A program made the position numbers and the translations under genes. Shown here in pieces: positions 56,581 through 64,000 of a stretch of 64,000 nucleotides of DNA. The notes under the pieces are model-generated. The model worked only from the letters and a program-made list of their open reading frames with translations, ran no database searches and was not told where the DNA came from. Source of the DNA: Octopus vulgaris. Taxonomy: Eukaryota. The stretch is taken from positions 19,282,001 through 19,346,000 of the forward strand of contig OX597837.1 in the NCBI GenBank assembly GCA_951406725.2, read 5' to 3'. Each line of letters starts with the position of its first letter. The first letter of the stretch is position 1.

Positions 56581-57044
56581 ATTGAAACTCAGGTATATTA
56601 AATGAACCAGCAGAGCAACCTCCTTTCCGAGCTAAGAGGGCATATGATTATCCGTCTAGTGACTCTCCTAACGTACCTCATCACGCTACAAGAGCACGGG
56701 TTTCCAATGAAAGTAATCTTTAGATCGTTGTGTACTGATTGCTGGAACAAAATCCGCCATACATTTTGATTGTCATCTGAAGAATATCATCAAACGAAAT
56801 ACTTTGAGCATCGACTAAGTGAATTGGCAGTTTCGGGCAAATATATACATATATGCTGTACAATATGCACAGAGTAATGGTTCTCTTGTTCATTAAACCA
56901 CAGCATGTACAATGTGCGTATGTGAGCGTGTGCGAAAGTGAATACACACTCACACACGTGTGTATGTATATATAAATATATATGCATATTACATATATAT
57001 ACTTGAAAATACTCACACACACACACACGCACACACATCTATAT

Positions 57045-57430
57045 AATGGGTGTAGCCTGTGTCTGACGAAAGCTTTGTGGGTGGATTTTGCAGAAGGAAA
57101 CTAAAAGAAGCCCGTCGTATACACGCACACAAACACACATCATCGCTCGATAATCTCGGCCCTTGAGTTACTCTGTTGCTTCTACTAAATATTAATAAAA
57201 TATATTTTTCGTATATACGTGTGTGTTCTTTTGAATTTGTGTTTGTCCCCCACCACCGTTGACAGCCGGTGATGGTTTGTTTATGTCTCTGTAACTTAGC
57301 GGTTCAGCAAAAGAATACGATGAAGAGTTCCAGACTTAAAGAAAAATAAGTACTGGGGTCGATTCGTTCGATTAAACTCTTCAAGGTGATGCACCAGCAT
57401 GGCCACATTTCATTGAATGAAACAAATAAA
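57045..57430 (+). mobile_element. SINE family B, 5'-truncated, with a small insert
   Basis: Family motifs. Confidence 0.8.
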
Positions 57431-57505
57431 GGATAATAAAACCAAATGTGAATCATTGACGACTTTTTCCTCCGTATTCCTTTTCTATTGGATTTTCCTC
57501 CGTCT

Positions 57506-57540
57506 GTTTATGAAGAAGAGCTTTGCTCGAAACGTAAAAC
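57506..57540 (+). ncRNA. Minimal hammerhead variant with one core substitution
   Basis: GTTT-ATGAAGA-AGAGCTTTGCTC-GAAA-CG-TA-AAAC. Confidence 0.6.
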
Positions 57541-57681
57541 CACCTTTCTTTCCTCCCCTGAGCGTCTGCTAATTCTTTACATGTACCACGTTCATGCGTT
57601 GTTGTCTTTTTGTGTTTATTCTTCAGTTTTTTTTTTGGGGGGGGATTTACTATATATATATGTATGTATGTGTGTGTGTGT

Positions 57682-57726
<45 letters not shown>

Positions 57727-58181
57727 TGTGTATACATATATATATATATATACATACATATATTCTTTCGTTATGAAGATTCTTAAGAATCAAGGCAAAT
57801 CAACCCGTAGGACGCTAGAAATGGCTAGGTACGATATCATAGACCTCACAGTGAAATAAACGTTGAAGACTTCAAGTGTTGCAGGATACAGTAGATATGC
57901 AAGTAGAAATCCATATATGTTTAAATACATATATATATATATATATGTATGTATATATGTATGTATGTATGTATGTTTGTATGTATGTATGTATGTATGT
58001 ATGTGTGTGTGCGTGTGTGTGAGTGCGTGTGAGCGTGTGTGCGTGTAAAGATTTATGTCAAACACAAAAGTATTATACTTCGCTATGAGCATTATTATGT
58101 TATAACAGTTTTTTTTTATTTGCTGACAGTTGAAGATGCTGCAGTATGAAAAATACTTCTATATATACTAATATGCATTCA

Positions 58182-58314
<133 letters not shown>

Positions 58315-58346
58315 ACCTATCTCTCTCTCTCTCTCTCTCTCTCTCG

Positions 58347-58429
<83 letters not shown>

Positions 58430-58432
58430 GTA

Positions 58433-58463
<31 letters not shown>

Positions 58464-58599
58464 GTATATATGTATATATATATGTATATATATATATATG
58501 TATATATATATATGTATATATGTATGTATATATATGAAACAGCTGGACTGAAATGTCTCATCTGGTTGACATTGTTGTGGGGATTATTTATTGTAGGAG

Positions 58600-59270
58600 C
58601 ATGTTCTGGCTGGATGTATGGTATTCCCTGCAAGAAACTCTGGTGCCATACCCCACTCTTTCGCATCTTCGTTGATTTATCCACAGAAGAATGTAACATC
58701 GGTTATACACTGAGAACCAACATTGGGTTACACGATGTCGTTTTAGATATAGAGGATGAGGAAGGACCTGAAAGGTGCAGTCTGATGCTTGGAGCCATTT
58801 AGAGCAGTGTTCCCAGTCAGGCCATCCATTGTGTACTCTGTCTAATAACTGGACTGCACTCAAGAGGATTGTTCTTCATACTAAATACTCATAGCGGAGA
58901 GTGTCACACATGTAACACAGTGAACTGATGAACTCCTCTGGGGTTTGTAAAATATGGAAATATAGCAAACAGGGCAATTCATGTCACCCACCAAACGTTT
59001 TGAAAAATAAAGGCAATGCAGACTGAAATACCCCTTGTCTTTAAAGTAAAGACAATGGATAAGGTCTTTAAATTCCAGACATGTTTCACTCTTATTCGGT
59101 CTCCTCAGGGAAGTCAATTAGATCCAGTTGTTAAGACTTGTGAAATATAGGGAATTAGTGACTCTAATAATGAATGTCACCAACATGGCTGAAGGACAAG
59201 AACACAGGCTACTGTTGTGAATAATACTGAAAAAGCATAAGATAGAGTCTCATGATGTATGAGATAGACC
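58600..59270 (-). pseudogene. Very old CR1/L2-type reverse transcriptase remnant
   Basis: SETCLEFKDLI..LYFSKRL resembles the LDFSKAFD region; PFRSFLILYI*NDI..EWGM resembles PLLFLIYINDI..W.M. Confidence 0.4.
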
Positions 59271-59437
59271 CAGTGATATTAAGTTAATTCAAATTGTTTC
59301 GAAAATAAACAGAATACAACTAGGAGTAGATCTTGTCTTAAAAAGAAATAAAAACTGGTGACAGCAATGTAATAGTATGCTCAACTCAGCTGCCAACTTT
59401 TAGAACTGATAAAGTGTGTATTTTGTGTTTGTGAGAG

Positions 59438-59540
<103 letters not shown>

Positions 59541-59755
59541 ACACACTCACACACACACACATATATACATACATTGGGTTTGTGTCGAATAAATAAGTAG
59601 GGAGTACTCAATACATGTTATAGAGGATATGGATTCTTTTACTGAAACTGAAGCTCAGCGTTTCACACGTTCGCTTGAGGATCGTAGTTTACCTGAATCT
59701 CGAGTTATCGCAGTTTCTCTCTCCCTCTATGTATGTATGTATGTATATATATATA

Positions 59756-60556
<801 letters not shown>

Positions 60557-60864
60557 CGTACATACATACATACACATACACACACATGCATGTGTATATG
60601 TACATAAGTATGTAAGCCATGTAGTAACACGGATACATTATCTAGTCTGATGTAACCTTTTTCTAAGACGGTAGAATAGCATTTCCCCCAATGAAGTTAT
60701 GAGAAACTCTAAAGCTACATGAGAGGTCCCTAGTGGTTTCGCCAGAAATAATGATAAATATATTAAGTATATGCAAAATTCATTTTTGCACCATTCTTGT
60801 TAATCAGTTTTATTTTACGCTACATTTTCCCTAGAGTAACATCCTGCCATCTGAAGATCAAAAA

Positions 60865-60938
60865 AAGGATCAAAGGTCCTTCCTGAGCCATAAGTTCAGA
60901 AAGCTCATTTCCCGGTTTCTCTAGCATACAAACGCACG

Positions 60939-60993
<55 letters not shown>

Positions 60994-61115
60994 CTTCCGA
61001 CCCACTGGACGGGACGTCGGTTCGTCACGCTATTACTCATTTTTGCCAGCCGAGTGAACGAAGTGTTTTTGTTAAAGAACGCAACGCCCAGCCCAGCCCA
61101 GAAATTGAAACCTAG
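60865..61115 (-). mobile_element. Fourth SINE-like family with internal (CA)n
   Basis: B-box-like GGTTTCAATT; tail GAAACCGG shared with 26680-26735. Confidence 0.5.
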
Positions 61116-61285
61116 CTGCATTTCGTCCGTCTTTACTTTCTGAGTTCAAGTTCCACCGAAGTCGACTTTGCCTGTCATCCTGTTGGTATCGATTAAATAA
61201 GTACCAGTTATGCACTGAGGTCGATGTAACCGACTTACCTCCTCCCATGAAATTGCTTGCCTTGTACCAAAATTTGAAACCAATA
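61113..61285 (+). mobile_element. SINE family A, 5'-truncated
   Basis: Family motif. Confidence 0.85.
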
Positions 61286-61494
61286 TGTAATTGTATGGTA
61301 ATTTGATTTTAATGCAAGGTCTTGTTGAAGACCGAATTTATTATTCGTTCTTTGTGGAGTCTGAAAGATTTAACATTGTCAAGGCTTTCAATGACAGTTT
61401 CGATTTTTATAATCGTTAGTGAAATTTAATGTTACGAAAAAGAAAGAAAAATATTAAGATATAAATACAAACTAGTATATACTAGTATATATGA

Positions 61495-61923
61495 AGATAA
61501 CACGGACGCCGCTCAGGCTCGAAAGATTGACGGTTATGTAAACCTCCTCGAGGAATGCGAAAACGCAGGCTGGAAAGCGGAGCATTTTCCAATCGAAGTT
61601 GGGTGTAGAGGGTTTGTTGGATACATTGTGAGGCGACTGTTGTTATCTTTAGGCCTAACTCATCGTAAGGTAAATACCACCATGACCGATATCCAGTGGA
61701 GAAGGCTAGCCACTGGATTTGGTTAGAAAGAGACGATGAGCAATGGCTAGAGAAATAGTGAGCTTTATTCAATAACCAGTTGAGTGGGGGCCGGTGCGCA
61801 ATGATGTCGTCTAGAGGTAGGCCCCGAAACGGCGCGTATTCTCTTCTGATGACCCCCATACACTTGCTGGCTTCTGGTATGCGGAGTTCTCGACTGGTAG
61901 CACTTGCATGTGCAAGTTGTTTG
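61495..61923 (+). mobile_element. HERO-like LINE 3' end, second copy
   Basis: RKIDGYVNLLEECENAGWKAEHFPIEVGCRGFVG..KASHWIWLER; same 3' UTR end as 8309. Confidence 0.88.
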
Positions 61924-62580
61924 CATAACATACTCCCTACATATAATAGATTTTAATGTCGACTGAGGTGATTTAATAATATCGAAATAATTAGGTGAAG
62001 CGTCATTGAGATATTGAATTAATTTCGAGAGCTTCCTAAGAGTACAATGTATTTATAACTGAATAAATAAAACGAAAGTTTGGGAGATAACTAGAGAAGG
62101 GAGCGTTTTTAAGTGAACGTTGGGTTGCTATTTCTAACAAATGGAAGGCTCACGTAAGTGAATCGCTCCCACAGTTTGGTCTGTTATATTTCTGCTGGTT
62201 GTTGGTGTGTTGTTCGTTGTTGTTCCTGTTGTCCTATTGTTAATACCATTCAACCATTAAACCGACCAGCCAGCCAGCCAGCCAGGTAGGTAAGTAGGTA
62301 TATCAGTTGGTAAACAAGAGGCACATCCACCCCCGTCGGGCAGAACGATAAATTGCAATCATCTCTCGTCGTTATTAGATGTTTGTTAACGTCATGTTTA
62401 CTGACAAAATATTACAGCCACCGGAAATTGCCACGTTTCAAACCCATTTCTCTTCTTTCTGGAACTTTTTTAGGTGTTTTTTTTTCCTTTCTTTTGTTCA
62501 TATATATCTTTTTTTCTCGTTGTTGTGGTTGTTGAAATTGTTGTTTTTGTAGTTGTAATTCCGTTTTAATTTTTGTTTCA

Positions 62581-62822
62581 TTCTTCTTCTTCTTCTTCTT
62601 CTTCTTCTTCTTCTTCTTCTTCTTCTTCTTCTTCTTCTTCTTCTTCTTCTTCTTCTTCTTCTTCTTCTTCTTCTTCTTCTTCTTCTTCTTCTTCTTCTTC
62701 TTCTTCTTCTTCTTCTTCTTCTCCTCCTCCTTCTTCTTCTTCTTCTTCTTCTTCTTCTTCTTCTCCTTCTTCTTCTTCTTCTTCTTCTTCTTCTTCTTCT
62801 TCTTCTTCCTCGTCGTCGTCGT
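62581..62822. repeat. (TTC)n microsatellite
   Basis: Direct reading. Confidence 0.98.
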
Positions 62823-63324
62823 CATCAACATCCACTCCATCTGCTAAGTAATCATATTATACTCAACGTAAAGAACCCTAATATCCTTCTTCTTCTTCAT
62901 CCTCATCGTCCTCATTACCACCACCACCACCACCACCACTACAATCAACACTACCACCAACAATAATAACAGCAACAACAACAACGACGACGATAACAGC
63001 AATTACACCTTCAATAACTACTGCTTCTCATCCTCCACCTTCTACCAATCCTTCTTCCCCCTTCGCAGACACACATCTACCATACCTCCCCCCTTCACCT
63101 ATTATAGGATTAAGGAAGACATCAGTGCTGGTTAAGTTTGTTTTTCAACTCCGTGCAGAGGTGTGTATATAGTTGTGTGTGTGTATAAATACGCACACAT
63201 ACGTACACCCCCCACATCTCCACATACACATATGCATAAATATATATGTATTTTATATTATGTACGCATATGTACATGTGGAGAGACACGTGCGCATATA
63301 TATATATGTATATGTGTGTGTGTG

Positions 63325-63385
<61 letters not shown>

Positions 63386-63574
63386 GCATACATACACTGA
63401 CATACACATACAAAAACACACACACACACTCCTGTATATATATAATGTGTGCATACATGAGCGTATATGCATGCGTGTATGTATACATATATATGTCCGA
63501 ATATCTATCTTAACTACAGAAAAGGGTGTGGCAGTATGAGGAAGATAGAGCGGGGTAGAGAGAAGAGAGAGAGA

Positions 63575-63680
63575 GAGAGAGAGAAAAGGAGAGATGAGGG
63601 GGAGAGAAGAGAGAGAGAAAAGGAGAGATGAGGGGGAGAGAAGAGAGAGAGAAAAGGAGAGATGAGGGGGAGAGAAGAAA
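63575..63680. repeat. Purine-rich tandem repeat of about 32 bp, 3 copies
   Basis: GAGAGAAAAGGAGAGATGAGGGGGAGAGAAGA repeated. Confidence 0.85.
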
Positions 63681-64000
63681 GAGAGGGAGAGATAGAGGGA
63701 GATAGAGAGAGACTGAGAGACCAGGTAATATGCAAATAAACCGAAAAAGACGGTGGTATGAGTAGATCATGGGAAGAGACTGCGGAGGAGAGTAAAAAGT
63801 ATGTACGGAGTACAGGGAGAGGGTGAAAGAAAAGAGAGAGAAAGCGAGAGAGATAGAAAGAGAGAAAGAGAGGGGGAGGGAGAGGAGAGTTTGTTAAGTG
63901 CAATGTATGAAGTAGGGTATATGGAAATGTGGAATGGAGAAGGAAAGAACACTGAAAGAGAATTATTTTCAGACACTTATATTTGCTTGTATATACGTAT

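Noticed and set aside
56775-57840. Further hammerhead-like strings near 56777 and 57770
   Set aside because: Core boxes are only partly present and the helices do not pair convincingly

Overview
AT-rich, repeat-saturated animal genomic DNA with no intact protein-coding gene that I can recognise. The repeat families and microsatellite load suggest an octopod cephalopod (inference only). Nearly all supplied ORFs are translations of microsatellites. The window is built from: several tRNA-headed SINE families; decayed DNA transposons (mariner, Tc1/mariner derivatives, a TTAA-flanked piggyBac, a Helitron-like element); LINE remnants (HERO-like, R4/Dong-like, CR1/L2-like); and Penelope-like GIY-YIG remnants. 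The strongest unexplained signal is RNA-structural: about 14 type I hammerhead ribozyme motifs, roughly half well formed. Two intact ones sit in the middle of unrelated 455-bp and 548-bp units with short terminal redundancy, inserted in TA-rich microsatellite, as expected for cDNA copied from a circular retrozyme-like RNA. A second theme is fold-back DNA: a 2.2-kb near-perfect palindrome centred on (TA)n, perfect 32-bp and 45-bp hairpins, and a local inverted duplication. Boundaries of decayed repeats were read by eye and are approximate.
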